Shown: positions 23,336 to 36,050 of the stretch, one piece after another
How positions within the stretch are numbered: position 1 is the first letter of the stretch
Layout of the letters: each line of letters begins with the position of its first letter
Assembly: GCA_030390025.1 (NCBI GenBank)
Contig: CM059432.1
Coordinates: 137,332,001 to 137,396,000 of the forward strand
Direction of reading: 5' to 3'
DNA from: Squalus acanthias
Taxonomy: Eukaryota
DNA length: 64,000 nucleotides
Notes under the pieces: generated by a model
The model's input: the letters and a program-made list of their open reading frames with translations, nothing else
Databases searched by the model: none
What the model was told of the DNA's origin: nothing
Program-made: the position numbers and the translations under genes

Positions 23336-23401
23336 CTTCTTCTTCGATGTTTCTGACTTCTTCGACATATTGCGTAATTTTTTGTGCAAGTGATTCAGCA
23401 C
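23336..23401 (-). CDS. GALR1: Galanin receptor type 1, coding exon 2 (third intracellular loop, 22 aa)
   Basis: TTTTCAG|GTG...AAG|GTAAG, 66 bp, phase 0/0. Encodes VLNHLHKKLRNMSKKSETSKKK, nearly identical to the 66-bp GALR1 exon 2 of other vertebrates. Confidence 0.95.
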
Positions 23402-23513
23402 CTGAAAATAATACAAGCATTATCATAAATCGACGAAAAATCTAGAAACGCCACAAGCATTTCCTGATTGCTTATTTTTTCAAAAAAAACACAAAAAGAC
23501 AACTGAATTTGCA

Positions 23514-23859
23514 GTAAAAACGGGAAATGCTAGAAACACTCAGCAGATCAAGCAGCGTCAGTGGAGATTATAATAGAGCTAACATTTCAGGTCGATAACC
23601 TTTCATCAGAACTGGAAGATGTTAGAGATTTAACAGTTTTTAAGCAAGTACAAAGCCAAGGAAAGTTCTTGTCCCATTCCCACCAACCTTTCGCCTTGCA
23701 CCATCATCCCTTTTATCATTCAATCATTCCTGCCCTCCACCCTATCACAGACCTCCCCCTTTGTTCTTTCCTCCCCACCCCTTCCCCTGGCTCGGTACTT
23801 GCTTAGAAACTGCTTTTATTTCAGATTTCCAGCATCTGCAGTATTTTGCTTTTGTTTAG
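23514..23859. mobile_element. Penelope-like pLTR fragments in inverted arrangement
   Basis: Same pLTR sequence as 19959-20130. 11-bp TSD ctgaatttgca (23503-23513 / 23860-23870). Hammerhead-like core on the - strand at about 23577-23613. Confidence 0.8.
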
Positions 23860-25099
23860 CTGAATTTGCAAATTTGCATTGAAAATCCTGGTGATTATTT
23901 TTAACGTTTAAACTGTATGACAAGTGGAACAGGAATTAGAGCAACAATTTGTAGAAAATGGGCTTAAAAAAATTACATCTGGTACATTTCCAAAACCGAA
24001 CAAAGTCACCATTCTGAATGCTGCACACAGAACAGGAACCATCGACACGACTGATTGGTGAATAAAATATCAGATCCGTGTTTGTATGCAAGTATTTAAC
24101 CAGAATACCAATCAAGATGTTAGCAATAAAACTGTGATGATCACCATTTTCAGATAAAATAGCCACAGGGATCGGTGGATTTAGAAGTGCCCAAAGATTG
24201 TCATGTAATGTACAACTAGAATATTGCTAATAATATTCTGCTTTTTGAGGGTGAAAAACTTTGTGTTCATGTGCATTTTGTTACATCATGACATAGAAAA
24301 AATAATTAAAAGATGCATTCAATAAAAATGACTGTCTTTCATGTAAATCCTACTGTGTAGCAAGATCAATATTGTAGATATTGTTCTCGGTTGTGTGCAA
24401 TCTCCTAGATTACACAGAGGTTTATGATTCTGAGCAGAAGGTTGTGTGTCCATATAAAGAAAATATAGACTTGTGTGCTTTTCAAAGCAATTCAATGAAA
24501 TGGCGTTAGCTAGAAATCTGAAATCATTTTAGCACATAGTGTGCAGATGGTCCTGGGAAGCCTAATTACAAATGATTGGTCCAAGCGTGGTTTAACGATG
24601 GCTGTACGTTTCCGAGGAAGGGAGCGTGTACTGATGCAGTAATTGCCATTTAAATGAAAATCTTCTGTCCCTTTATTTGGATGTACGGAAAGCTGGTGGT
24701 TGCCAATCATTTTAAAATGCGAAACTAAATCAAGATCTTACTGGTCACAGTGACGGTGATCCGAGATAAGCAACGCAATATGGATCTGAAACAATATATG
24801 TCCACAATTCCTTTCAGGGGTTTTTGATAGAGTAGATAGGAAGAAACTGTTTCGTGAACTCAGCATAGACCAGGGGTCAAACCTGGAAGGTTCTTGGTCT
24901 GTATGGCTCAGCTACTCATTGCTTTAACCGGCTGAGCTTCATGCACTGACATTACACCCAAAATAAAAGCTCCATGGCGCTACAATTTATATTTCTCAAA
25001 CAGGGGAGATAGTAAAATACAAAACGTGGGATTCCTAGTGAAATGTTCAACTCTATAGTCTTTCTCAAGGTTTGCTAACCGGAAATCTTTTTACTTGAA

Positions 25100-25417
25100 G
25101 TAGATCATGGCTGGGGGGGGGTCTAGAACGAGGGGTCACAGTCTCAGGATACGGGGGTAGGACATTTAGGACTGAGATGAGGAGAAATTTCTTCACTCAG
25201 AGGGTGGTGAACCTGTGGAATTCTCTACCACAGAAGGCTGTGGAGGCCAAGTCACGGAATATATTTAAGAAGGAGATAGATAGATTTCTGGATGCAAAAG
25301 GCATCAAGGGGTATGGGGAGAGAGCGGGAGTATGGTATTGAGATAGAGGATCAGCCATGATCATATTGAATGGCGGAGCAGGCTCGAAGGGCCGAATGGC
25401 CTACTCCTGCTCCTATT
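25100..25417 (+). mobile_element. CR1 3' fragment
   Basis: tctagaacgaggggtcacagtctcagg...aatttcttcactcagagggtggtgaacctgtggaattc...gaatggcctactcctgctccta. Confidence 0.85.
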
Positions 25418-25469
25418 TTTTTTTCTATCAACAAATCACCTCAGTACTGCAGAGTCAACTTAAACAGAG

Positions 25470-25672
25470 GAGGGTAAGAGTTCCTCTGGTAGCTCTCTAT
25501 AGCAATATTATCATGTGCTCATGAAGATCTCCTCTCTTCAGTAGTTCTAGTGAAATCATAAGCGCGTTCTAAAAGCACTTTTTATGATTTCACTAGAAAT
25601 AATGAGCACAGGAAATTTTCATGAACCAATTTATAGCGTTCCTGCACAGTGACCAGAGGAATTTACACCCTC
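25470..25672. repeat. Palindromic (fold-back) MITE-like element
   Basis: Nested inverted repeats: agggtaagagttcctctggt / accagaggaatttacaccct; catgaagatctcct / aggaaattttcatg; and a perfect 17-bp pair ttctagtgaaatcataa (25545-25561) / ttatgatttcactagaa (25582-25598). Confidence 0.75.
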
Positions 25673-27339
25673 GGTGAGCAATTTATCTTTAAAACATTCA
25701 AATTTAATATTTTGATTTTTTTTTCTGCTGGCGAAGGTGATTGAAAGTCGATGTTGGGAAACTTCTAGTACCCAGGGTCAACATCAAGTACTCCTGGATA
25801 AGTTATAGCCTGACCAGGTAAAGCTCTCTCTGCAGTTCCTCAACCATGTATGTGCCTTATCTTCAAAATCAGAAGAGGATTCCCGCTACACCAGTGTGAA
25901 CTTTTTCCATTTCCCACACCAAGCATTCTTGCTGCAGTCTGTGAATGAAGTGCCAATATGGGCAGTTGTTCTCTGGACCTGGATTGAGATTGATCAGATT
26001 CATGAAATCATTTCAGTTAGGACCCTTTGCACAGAGAGAGAGCGAGGGGAAGAGAGAGACAGAAAGGAAGACAACGCATTCTTTCATCTTTGTAGACTGG
26101 AATCAGTGTGCCAATTCATTGTCCCAAGGCATTCTCTTCAATTCGTTACAATTTTCAAAACGATAATTTAATTTTTGATTTTTTTTCCAGGAACTGTCAA
26201 GCCATGAACTTTTTTTTCAATGAAACTACCTTTTACATAACATCTAATTAGTCCTGCTCTTGATTGAAGGGGTTTGAGCTTAAGATCTGACTGATCCACA
26301 CGCCAGTGTAAGGTAAAGCAGAAGTGATTGCCGTAATAAAGCCTTCTCACAGTGCTGAACCAGGCAAATTACCCAATTAATCCTGTGTGTTGTTCACTGG
26401 TATCACACCAGTTAAAACGTTATTTTCCTAAACACTGACCAGCAATCCAGCCATCACCTCCTTCATGCTCGAGCACACACACCAAACCGCAAAAACTTGC
26501 TTGTGCCTGTCCAAATAGAACGGAACTAATGCGTTCAGTGAATGGTAATCATAAGGGATCTCGACACAAGTCATACCCGGGGGGGGTTGGGAGGAAAAGA
26601 GGCAGGAAACAACTTGGTAAATATGTGGACGCGAATTCTCATTTTCCTTTTCTAAGGGAAACCCGATCTTAACATCTCCTCAAATGCAGGACCGAGCTGG
26701 GGTTAAAAAAGTGCAACGGGAACACCCCTTAAACTGTTGTTGAACCTAACAAATTGATTTTTCACTTACTCTTTCAGTTCCCCCTCCCCATTGTAATTGA
26801 CGCCATGTGTGGGTTTTTATAAATTGACAAAATGAAAACACAAAGATTGTCGAGGCGGTGATCCAAAGATGGATTGTCCATCAGTCACGATCATACACCA
26901 GCGTCTGGCTGAACACGGTCCAGGAGTGGAAGGTGCCTTCAACGCGCGACACATCTTTCGAGACCAGCAGCAATCTTTTCGTGCCCTTCACTCGGTGGAA
27001 AGACTGGGTGGAGTACTGTAAGGTTATCTGTTATCCGTTAAATAATATCACTGGGATAAGTCGGACTTCTGTACTATTTTGCCGCGGTAACTGAGAATGG
27101 GGACAAAGTGGAAGGATGCAGTGTTCCTTGAATTACGAACATGTCTCCAGTGGGATCAAATCAGTTTAATGATACAGTTTTAGCAGGAAAAGAAACCAAG
27201 ATAATTATCATGGTATCTCCAACAGTATCGCTACCCCTTTAAGTCCTAAATTAGTGCGACGGGGTCTTGCAGATTGGGAAGGAGATAAATACTTTTTTGT
27301 GTTAACAAACCAGCACCAAACACAAACCACATGCCTTAC

Positions 27340-27993
27340 CTTAGCGTAACAGTAGCAGATCAGAAGCAAAGGCAGCAGATACCCAACCACAAAAGTGGCC
27401 ACTTTGTAGATTTGCCTGTGACTCAGGACACTCCAGTTCTCCCAGCAGAAGGGACCGTGGTTCTTCTTGTGGACCAGCATGTGGTAGTAAGCCACCGGCG
27501 ACGCCACGGCCAAGGAGAGGAGCCAGATGAAGATCACGCCGATCACCGCGTTCTTGGAGACGCGAATGCACGAGGACCTCCTGGAGTGGACGATGGCGAT
27601 GTAACGATCCACGGCCATAGCCGAGAGGGTGAAGATGCTGACCAGCACCGACACGGTGAAGAAGTAGTGCACGAACTTGCAGATGAAGCCGCCGAAGATC
27701 CACCTGGGCAGGACGTAGTAGGTGGCCTGGAAGGGGATGCAGAAGAGCAGGTAGGAGAGATCGGCGATGCTCAGGTTGAGGATGAAGATGTTGGTGGTGC
27801 TGCGGGGCTTGCCTGGCTTGCTTCGGGCCAGCACCGTGATGACAAGGGAGTTGCCCAAGACCCCGAGGCAGAAGATCAGGCTGAAGATGAAGAGGATGAT
27901 GACACTCTCCGTGCTGATCTGATGCCGGTCCTCTGCTGCCATGGTTCCTCCAGCGGTATCATTGGTCTCCATACCACTTTGGTTCTGGTCCAT
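27340..27993 (-). CDS. GALR1: Galanin receptor type 1, coding exon 1 (N-terminus to TM5, 218 aa)
   Basis: ATG at 27993. Encodes GVLGNSLVITVLARSKPGKPRSTTNIFILNLSIADL, DRY and ...LLICYCYAK, then the donor AAG|GTAAG at 27340/27339. N-glycosylation sequons NQS and NDT. Spliced product is 345 aa. Confidence 0.95.
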
Positions 27994-28379
27994 ACTGATC
28001 AATTGTGATTAAACTGCAACAAGTAAACACATTATTATTATTGCATGAAAATTAAGGATTTGCAAAGTTGTTTTCTCGCTTAAGGCTGCTCTAAGTCACT
28101 GCAATTTAATGGCTTAGTTGGTAAGTGAACTTCTCTTCAAATCCTGTTCTCTAACCCCTTTAACTGTGCATCCCATCCCATTTCCAAGCAAACTTAGTTT
28201 TCCCCCGTCTCTTGACTTGCTGCTTTTGCCTCTTCACATCAAACTCACTCGCTAACTGCGGAATGATGTTCAATGCCTTGTGTGTAGATTTGCATGGACT
28301 CTGTTGTGATTCGTTCCTGTCCCTTCTTTAGATCCAATGATTTTTATATATCACTCTGATGTTTTCCCTCTCTCCAGTC

Positions 28380-28640
28380 TTGCACGGTTCCTGTCTTGGC
28401 TTTGTGTTTGGTAGCCGCAGAGCCAGGTGGTTTTGCTTTGCACTTTCCCTCTGAACGCGGTGTCCGTGCGGCAAAGCAACCGCTGGTCCGTCACTGAGCG
28501 CTTATCACCTCCTCCCCTCAGTTCCTCCTCATTGCTCACCAGCATCTCTCTCCGGCTCGCAGCCTCCGCGCCAGTCAAAAACCGCTCCTACCAGCAGCGG
28601 CCAATTGGGAGTCAAGTCTGTCCTTGTGGTGAAAGATAAT
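28380..28640 (-). promoter_or_regulatory. Putative GALR1 promoter/5' UTR (CpG-enriched unique sequence)
   Basis: Non-repetitive CpG-rich patch 0.4-0.6 kb upstream of the ATG, with a palindromic CCAATTGG at 28601-28608. The TSS cannot be determined from sequence. Confidence 0.35.
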
Positions 28641-28924
28641 TGAACGCTCTAAAGTTATAATAGGGAGGGGATTAATTCCTTATTTGGATCATCGTTTAAA
28701 GTTTGACAGGTACTGAGCTGTTCCTAAGTGAATCCGGGGGGTCCAATAGAATTTTTCTGTCATTTTTCAAATCGAATTCATCACGAGGTAAATTTTATTA
28801 GTACGGTTCCATTGTAAATATTATTTAGGGAACTGACAAAGGTGTTTACACCATAGCTAATGAGGAGTTCTGTGTGTGAAATGGAATGCACTGTGAGGGG
28901 GAAATGTCATATCCAGGTATTTTC

Positions 28925-29200
28925 AAAGAAAGAACTTGCATTTATTCAGCGCTTTTTATGACCTCGGGACATCCCAAAGGTTTTGCAGCCACTTTTGAAG
29001 TGTAGTCACTGAAACAAAGTTTGGAATCACAGCAGCCAACTGACCAGATAATCTGTTTTGGTGAGGTTGGTTGAGTGATAAATATTGGCCAGGACACGGG
29101 GGTGGGGGGGAGAACTCCCCTGCTCTTCTCCGAAACAGTGGCCGTGGGATCTTTTACATCCACCTGAGAGGGCAGATGGGTCCTCAGTTTAACGTCTCAG
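28925..29200 (-). mobile_element. Deu-domain SINE fragment
   Basis: Reverse complement of the SINE body and tail (gaaagaacttgcattta...ggatcttttacatccacctgagagggcaga). Confidence 0.75.
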
Positions 29201-29291
29201 TTTGGTCAGCCTGATGTTTGACACATCGCAAATGCTTAAAAGTCTCAAATAACTGCAGAATCCACGAGTAGAGTTTCTGTTTGCCTGATAT

Positions 29292-29945
29292 AACAACAAC
29301 AACTTGTATTTGTATAGCGCCTTTAACGTAGTAAAACGTCCCAAGGTGCTTCACAGGAGTATTATAAGACAGAAAAATTTGACACCAAGCCACATAAGGA
29401 GAAATTAGGGCAGGTGACCAAAAGCTTGGTCAAAGAGGTAGGTTTTAAGGAGCGGCTTAAAGGAGGAAAGAGAGGGAGCGAGACGGAGAGGTTTAGGTAG
29501 GGAATTCCACAGCTTAGGGCCTAGGCAACAGAAGGCACGGCCACCAATGGTTGAGCGATTATAATCAGGGATGCTCAAGAGGGCAGCATTAGAGGAGTGC
29601 AGATATCTCAGGGGGTTGTGGGGCTGAAGGAGATTACAGAGATAGGGAGGGGCGAGGCCATGGAGGGATTTGAAAACAAGGATGAGAATTTTGAAATCGA
29701 GGCGTTGCTTAACCGGGAGCCAATGTAGGCCAGCAAGCACAGGAGTGATGGGTGAACAGGACTTGGTGCGAGTTAGGACACGGGCAGCTGAGTTATGGAT
29801 CAGCTCAAGTTTACGTAGGGTTGAATGTGGGAGACAAGCCAGGAGTGCATTGGAATAGTCAAGTCTAGAGGTAACAAAGGCATGATGAGGGTTTCAGCAG
29901 CGGATGAGCTGAGGCAAGGGCGGAGACGGGCGATGTCACGGAGGG
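29292..29945 (-). mobile_element. L2 LINE 3' fragment
   Basis: ORF 29405-29740 encodes LHWLPVKQRLDFKILILVFKSLHGLAPPYL...GGRAF..PKLWNSLP..KTYLFDQAF and is followed by a (caa)n tail. Confidence 0.9.
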
Positions 29946-31436
29946 CACACACTCTCCCTGAAGAGCTGTCAGAGAATTTCGGCCAAGGCTTGTAAACTCC
30001 CAACATGTATGTGCAATACCTTTAGTTTAACTGGCTGAAACAGAGCACAGGTCAACTTCCCACAGCCCTATTTAGTTCGAACTATCCTACCCATTACAGC
30101 ATTAGCTCGCAGAGCAACCTGGATCCAGTGGGAAGAATTCTAGCCCCCAATCGGCGGTCTACTTCTCTAGTTCCTGTCAGTGAGACATGTTGGCTGGTCA
30201 ATTATTAACACTGCCTTGGAATATTGACTGTGGACCTAGCTGACGCAAGTATCAGATTTGATGGTGTATTCTAGACTTCCATTGCCAGGCATGCATACTT
30301 GACCCCTGCGACCCTGTTTATTTCCCCCATTCCCCAGGAGGATAGTACTATAGGTCGTGCGCCTAATGGATGTGCATCAATAAAATCAGATTGTTCATTG
30401 ACCTTCGAGACTGGTAAAGGTGCATGACCCAAGGACAAGAGATGGGGAAACAAAATAACATGGAAATACAGGTGTTCATACCTTTCAAGAAATGAACTGA
30501 AAGATTGCAAAACTGTACCAATTGTACAACAGTAGTTGCTAATGAACAACAACCAAAAAGTAGCATTGAGGTACAGCTGAACGATTCTTAGTATAATTGT
30601 GGTTGGAGTCTGATAGGGGGATCTTAACATAACTGAAAATGGTTTGAATAACATTTAAACTGTAGCCTTAAAAGGGAAAGCAAACTGGGCTAGCACCAGT
30701 CCCTAGTGAGACTTATTGCTACAGATTCCATTTACTTTGTCTCTCTGCTACCGCGCATTACAAAACAAAACATTCTTTAATATATTTTAAAAACCTTTAC
30801 GTTTCCATCTCTCAGGCTGCCCTGAGAATGGTTTCTACTCATGATTAGGGAACAATGAAGGACTGGTTCAGCACTAAAATCCACCATGTTCCTTAGCACA
30901 AAAACAACTTTTTATGTCAAAACATCCTTCAAGATTAATATTTTTGCATTAAATTTTAATCCATGGTCATTTAAAACTCAGTTAAATTTGTTACTCTTCT
31001 GTGTGTTAATAAATTGTCAATTTTTTACATAAATATGATCTTCATTATAAATTAATTTCTACATTTGCCAAAAGAAAATGCCTGATGGCTTATTCTATTA
31101 CTTTTTAATGTTATGACAAGAAGGAGGTTAAAGACCGTGGGTAGCTTTTTTGCAGAGTGATTTGATAGCAGAGTTTGTTCAGTAACGGTTAGCTAGCACT
31201 ATGTGCTTCGAAATGACTCTATGGCATAATAATGTTGCATCTACTGACTCTACAGAATATTAATGTTGTATGTACCTCGCACCACTTCTGGTGATATGAG
31301 CTACAGCTTTGCCTCCAGTACTGGAAGGTAAAACAGCATTGGAGGTTCTGAGACCCACCCACAAAGTTTCTTTATGCTAATGCCTCCAGAGGTATTGGCA
31401 CACTGGCAGCAATATAAGCATTGATGCAGAAGGCAT

Positions 31437-33657
31437 AGTCATAGACTCATAGAATCATGGAATGGTTACAGCACAGAAAGAGGCCATTCGGTCCGTCGAG
31501 CCCGTGCCGGCTCTCTGCAAGAGCACTTCAGCTAGTCCCACCTTTCCCCGTAGCCCTGAATTTTTTTTTCATTCAGGTACTTATCCAATTCCCTTTTGAA
31601 AGCCACAATTGAATCTGCCTCCACCACTCTTTCAGGCAGTGAATTCCAGATCCTAACCACTCGCTGCGTAAAAAAGATTTTCCTCATGTCGCCTTTGGTT
31701 CTTCTGCCAATCACCTTAAGTCTGTGTTCTCTGGTTCTCGACCCTTCCGCCAATGGGAACAGTTTCTCTCTATCTACACTGTCTAAACCCCTCATGATTT
31801 TGAACACCTCTATCAAATCTCCTCTCAACCTTCTCTGCTCTAAGGAGAACAACCCCAGCTTCTCCACAAAACTGAAGTCCCTCATCCCTGGAACCATTCT
31901 TGTAAATCTTTTCTGCACCCTCTCTCATTCTTCTTAAAGTGCGGTGCCCAGAATTGGACACAATACTCCAGTTGAGGCTGAACCAGTGTTTTATAAAGGT
32001 TCATCATAACTTCCTTGCTTTTGTACTCTATTATGCCTCTATTTATGAAGCCCAGGATCCCGTATGCTTTTTTAACTGCTTTCTCAACGTGCCCTGCCAC
32101 CTTCAACGATTTGTGCGCATATACCCCCAGGTCTCTCTGTTCATGCACCCCCTTTAGAATTGTACCCTTTCGTTTATATTGCCTCTCCTCGTTCTTCCTA
32201 CCAAAATGTATCACTTCGCACTTTTCTGTGATAAATTTCATCTGCCACGTGTCCGCCCATTCTACCAGCCTGTCTATGTCTTCTTGAAGTTTATCACTAT
32301 CCTCCTCACTGTTCACTATACTTCCAAGTTTTGTGTCATCTGCAAATTTTGAAATTGTGCCCTGTATACCCAAGTCTAAGTCATTAATAGAAATCAAGAA
32401 AAGCAGTGGTCCTAATACCGGCCCCTGGGAACACCACTGTATACCTTCCTCCAGTCCGAAAAACAACCATTCACCACTACTCTCTGTTTCCTGCCACTTA
32501 GGAAATTTTGTATCCATGCTACCACTGTCCCTTTTATTCCATGGACTTCAACTTTGCTGGCAAGTCTATTATGTGGCACTTTATCAAACGCCTTTTGGAA
32601 GTCCATGTACACCACGTCAACCGCATTGCCCTCATCAACCCTCTCTGTTACCTCATCAAAAAACTCAATCAAGTTAGTTAAACACAATTTGCCTTTAACA
32701 AATCCATGCTGGCTTTTCTTAATTAATCCATACTTGTCCAAGTGACTGTTAATTTTGTCCTGGATTATCGTTTCTAAAAGCTTCCCCACTACCGAGGTTA
32801 AACTGACTGACCTGTAGTTGCTGGGTTTATCCTTACACCCTTTTTTGAACAAGGGTGTAACATTTGCAATTCTCCAGTCCTCTGGCACCAGCCCCATATC
32901 CAAGGAGGATTGGAAGATTATGGCCAGTACCTCCACAGTTTCCACATTTACTTCCCTCAGCATCCTAAGATGCACCCCATCCGGTCCTGGTGACTTATCT
33001 ACTTTAAGTACAGCCAGTCTTTCTAGTACCTCCTCCTTATCAATTTTTATCCCATCCAGTATCTCAACTGCCTCCTCTTTCACTATGACTTTGGCAGCAT
33101 CTTCCTTGGTAAAGACAGATGAAAAGTACTCATTTAGTGCCTCAGACATGCCCTCTGCCTCCATCTGTAGGTCTCCATTTTGGTTCCTAATAGGCCCCAC
33201 GCCTCCTCTTACTACCCGTTTACTATTTATATGCCTATGGAAGACTTTTGGATTCCCTTTTATATTAGCTGCCAATCTATTCTCATACTCTCTCTTTGCC
33301 TCTCTTATTTCCTTTTACACTTCCCCTCTGAACTTTCTATATTCAGCCTGGTTCTCACTTGTATTCTCAACCTGACATCTGCTTCATCTTACTCTCTATC
33401 TCTTTTGTCATCCAGGGAGCTCTGGCTTTGGTTGCCCTACCTTTCCCCCTCAGCTGTACCCGAACCATCTCCTCTTTAAAGGCAGCCCATTGTTCGATTA
33501 CAGTTTTGCCTGCCAATCTTTGATTCCAATTTACCCGGGCAAGATCCATTCTCAACCCACTGAAATTGGCTTTCCTCCAATTAAGTATTTTTACTCTAGA
33601 TTGCTCCCTGTCCTTTTTCATAGCTAGTCTAAATCTTATGATACTGTGATCACTGTT
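31437..33657 (-). mobile_element. CR1 LINE, 5'-truncated, decayed ORF2 (RT)
   Basis: ORFs contain KSPGPDG, PEDWRIANVTPLFKKG, QHGF, DFQKAFDKVPH, ISKFADDTKL and QLEYCVQFWAPH, with several frameshifts. Confidence 0.93.
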
Positions 33658-34127
33658 TTTGGTCACCTGTCGTAATATCTCTTTATGTGACTCGGTGTCA
33701 AAATTGGTTTGATAACGCTCCTGTGAAATGCCTTGGGACGTTTTACTACATTAAAGGTGCTTATGTAAATGGAAGCTGTTGCTGTTTTCTCATTTTCCCA
33801 ACAGTTGTGGAATCCACCGTGTAATATAGATGGAACTGAATCCACAGCACTGGAACCATTAAGCATAAATCTATTCATAAATGACCTAACCAGGTCAAGA
33901 GGATGAAAATATGCTACAAGCTAGTTTTCATTCTAACTATAAAAGCCACAGGAAATCTGTTAAGATAAAAATCCTGCATAGAATTACATAGACATTACAA
34001 CATGGGAATAGGTCAAAACAGAACTTGCCTTGATAAATAGAATTGAGTTAAGATTGCCGAACTGAAATTGTTCTTTCTGCAAAAGGGAACAATTCCCCTG
34101 CCCTTCAAATTGCCATCACTGAAGAAC

Positions 34128-34450
34128 TAGATGGCACAGTAGGTTAGATACTAGCATTTCATTTCTGGTACCGGGGCTCAAATCCAGGCCAGACTAATGG
34201 AATGAAAGTCCTCTCTATCTGTTCTCGTATGTGAAATGAATTTGGGTGGGTCTCAATCACTTACTAGTGGGTGTAAGCTTACAGCACAGAACTGACACAA
34301 ACTGGATGGTTGGTGTAAGAAATGGAAAAAAAATGCCATACTGGTACAGTCGAGGAAATCAGTAGACTTTGGGGCTGGAACTGAGACACACTGTTGGGGT
34401 AGAGGAGAGGGAGGAGTTAATGTGCAGCTAGCTGTGCTATATCTGACCTA
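34128..34450 (+). mobile_element. LF-SINE-related element (degenerate)
   Basis: tcaaatccaggccag and tatgtgaaatgaatttgggtgggtctcaatcacttactagtgg resemble the recalled LF-SINE consensus blocks TCAAATCCAGCCCAG and TATGTGAAATGAGTTGGTGGTCTCAGTCCAGTTCCTAGTGG. Confidence 0.55.
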
Positions 34451-35724
34451 GGGTGATAGCTTGATATTGAAAATAGGTGCCTAAATTGGAAAGTGTTCCA
34501 TTCCCAAAACTAAACAACCCTTGGTCTTCTTCGAAATAGTGCCGAGGGTTCTTTTACATCCACCTGAGAGGGCAAATGGGGCCTTGGTTTAACTTCTCAT
34601 CCGAAAGATGGCACCTCTGACAGTGCAGCACTCCCTCAGTACTGGAGTGTCAGCCTAGATCCTGAGGCATGGTATCAACTTCTCATTTGTGCTGATGACA
34701 CTTGGCTCTAGCTGTCCACCACCCTCAAAACACCCCATCAAAGCCTACTGCTTCAACCTCGCCCTTGGTCATCTCCACTAAATCTTCTCTGACTGCTGTC
34801 AGCCGTGGCTCAGTTGGTAGCACTCGCGGCCACTGTTCAGATTCTGTTCTTGTCTCTGTGAAGTGCCTTGGGACATTTGGCTGTGTTGAAGGCTCTATAT
34901 AAATGTGAGTTGTTATTATGATCTGTTTAAATATTAAATGCAGCATTAATGTTGTGTCATTCGTTTGTTCTGAAGTTCCCTCTAAACAAGGAGAGTTATT
35001 CAGATAACTGAAATGCCAAAAGTATCCTATCCATCAAAATAAATCCCTCTGTGGCATGAACAAAATGACAATAGTTTCTTATCAAGTTACTAACACAAAA
35101 TAAATTCTACAGCAAGCTCGTCAACCACCCAATTTTGGACTGAACAATTTGCTTTTTCACAGGCCTAGAAATTCGATCGCGCCCATGAATAGGCGTCCAG
35201 TGGTGGGGCGCGTGCTGCTCATGTGGTCGCAGGGACCACAGGAAATTTGTGTTGCCAGCTCATTATACATTATATACGGAGTTAAGTCACAGATCAGCCA
35301 TGGTCTCATTGAACGGCGGAACAGGCTCAAGGGGTTAAATGGCCTACTCCTGTTCCTATGTTCCTATGAGCCAGGAGTACAGTCAGAACTCAGCCGCTCT
35401 TCTTCGAAATAGTGCCGTGAGATCTTTCATGTCCGCCTGAGAGAGCAGACGGGGACCTGGGTTTAGCGTCTCATCCGAAAGACGGCACCTCCGACAGTGC
35501 AGCACTCCCTCAGTACTGCACTGGGAGTGTCGGCCTGGATAGTGTGCACAAGTCAGCTGACAGTCCCAAATAACACTGCTGGCTGCAAGTCCTGCTTACC
35601 TAATGCCTACTTTGGGCTCCCTCTGCTAAATTGAATATCACAAGAGCTTGGCCTTTTGAAGGAAGGAAGGAAGGTAGGCAGGCAAAGTAATTTTAGTTCA
35701 ACAGTTCAAGAAGGCAGGGATGTA

Positions 35725-36050
35725 ATGGAGGTGTGGTAGCATAATGGTTACGTTTCTAGACTAGTGATCCAGAGGCCAAGACTAAACAATCTGGCGAAAC
35801 ATGAGTTCAAATCCTGACCACAGCAGCTAGGGAATTTAATTTCAATGAGAATAAATCAGGAATTAAAAAGCTAGTATTAGTAATGGTGACCATGAAATGA
35901 CTGGATTGTTGTAAAAACCCAACTGGTTCACTAATGTCCTTGAAAGAATGAAATTTGTTGTCCTTACCCGGTCTGGCCTATATACAACTCCACACCCACA
36001 GAAATGTTAACTCTTTAACTGCCCAGCAAGCCACTCAGTTGTACCAAACC
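35725..36050 (+). mobile_element. tRNA-derived SINE of a second family
   Basis: A/B-box-like head (tggtagcataatggtta ... gagttcaaatcc) and body gtaaaaacccaactggttcactaatgtcc...gcaagccactcagttg. Confidence 0.6.

Noticed and set aside
27208..27339. C-terminal extension of the 264-aa ORF (VRHVVCVW...)
   Set aside because: Read-through past a canonical GTAAG donor into intron 1.
27994..28002. ORF-track start MISM at 28002
   Set aside because: It is a TTG codon. The first ATG is at 27993.
27331..28008. 225-aa + strand ORF antisense to GALR1 exon 1 (and the 120-aa alternate-frame ORF 27341-27703)
   Set aside because: Shadow ORFs caused by GC3-rich codon usage in exon 1. They are co-extensive with the exon and show no recognisable protein features.
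28014..28248. Possible 5' UTR intron of GALR1 (TTGTTGCAG acceptor at 28014, GTGAGT donor at 28248)
   Set aside because: Signals are weak and cannot be supported without transcript data.
28456..28476. RE1/NRSE-like site upstream of GALR1
   Set aside because: Only a partial half-site match (cacggacaccgc). The left half of the consensus is absent.
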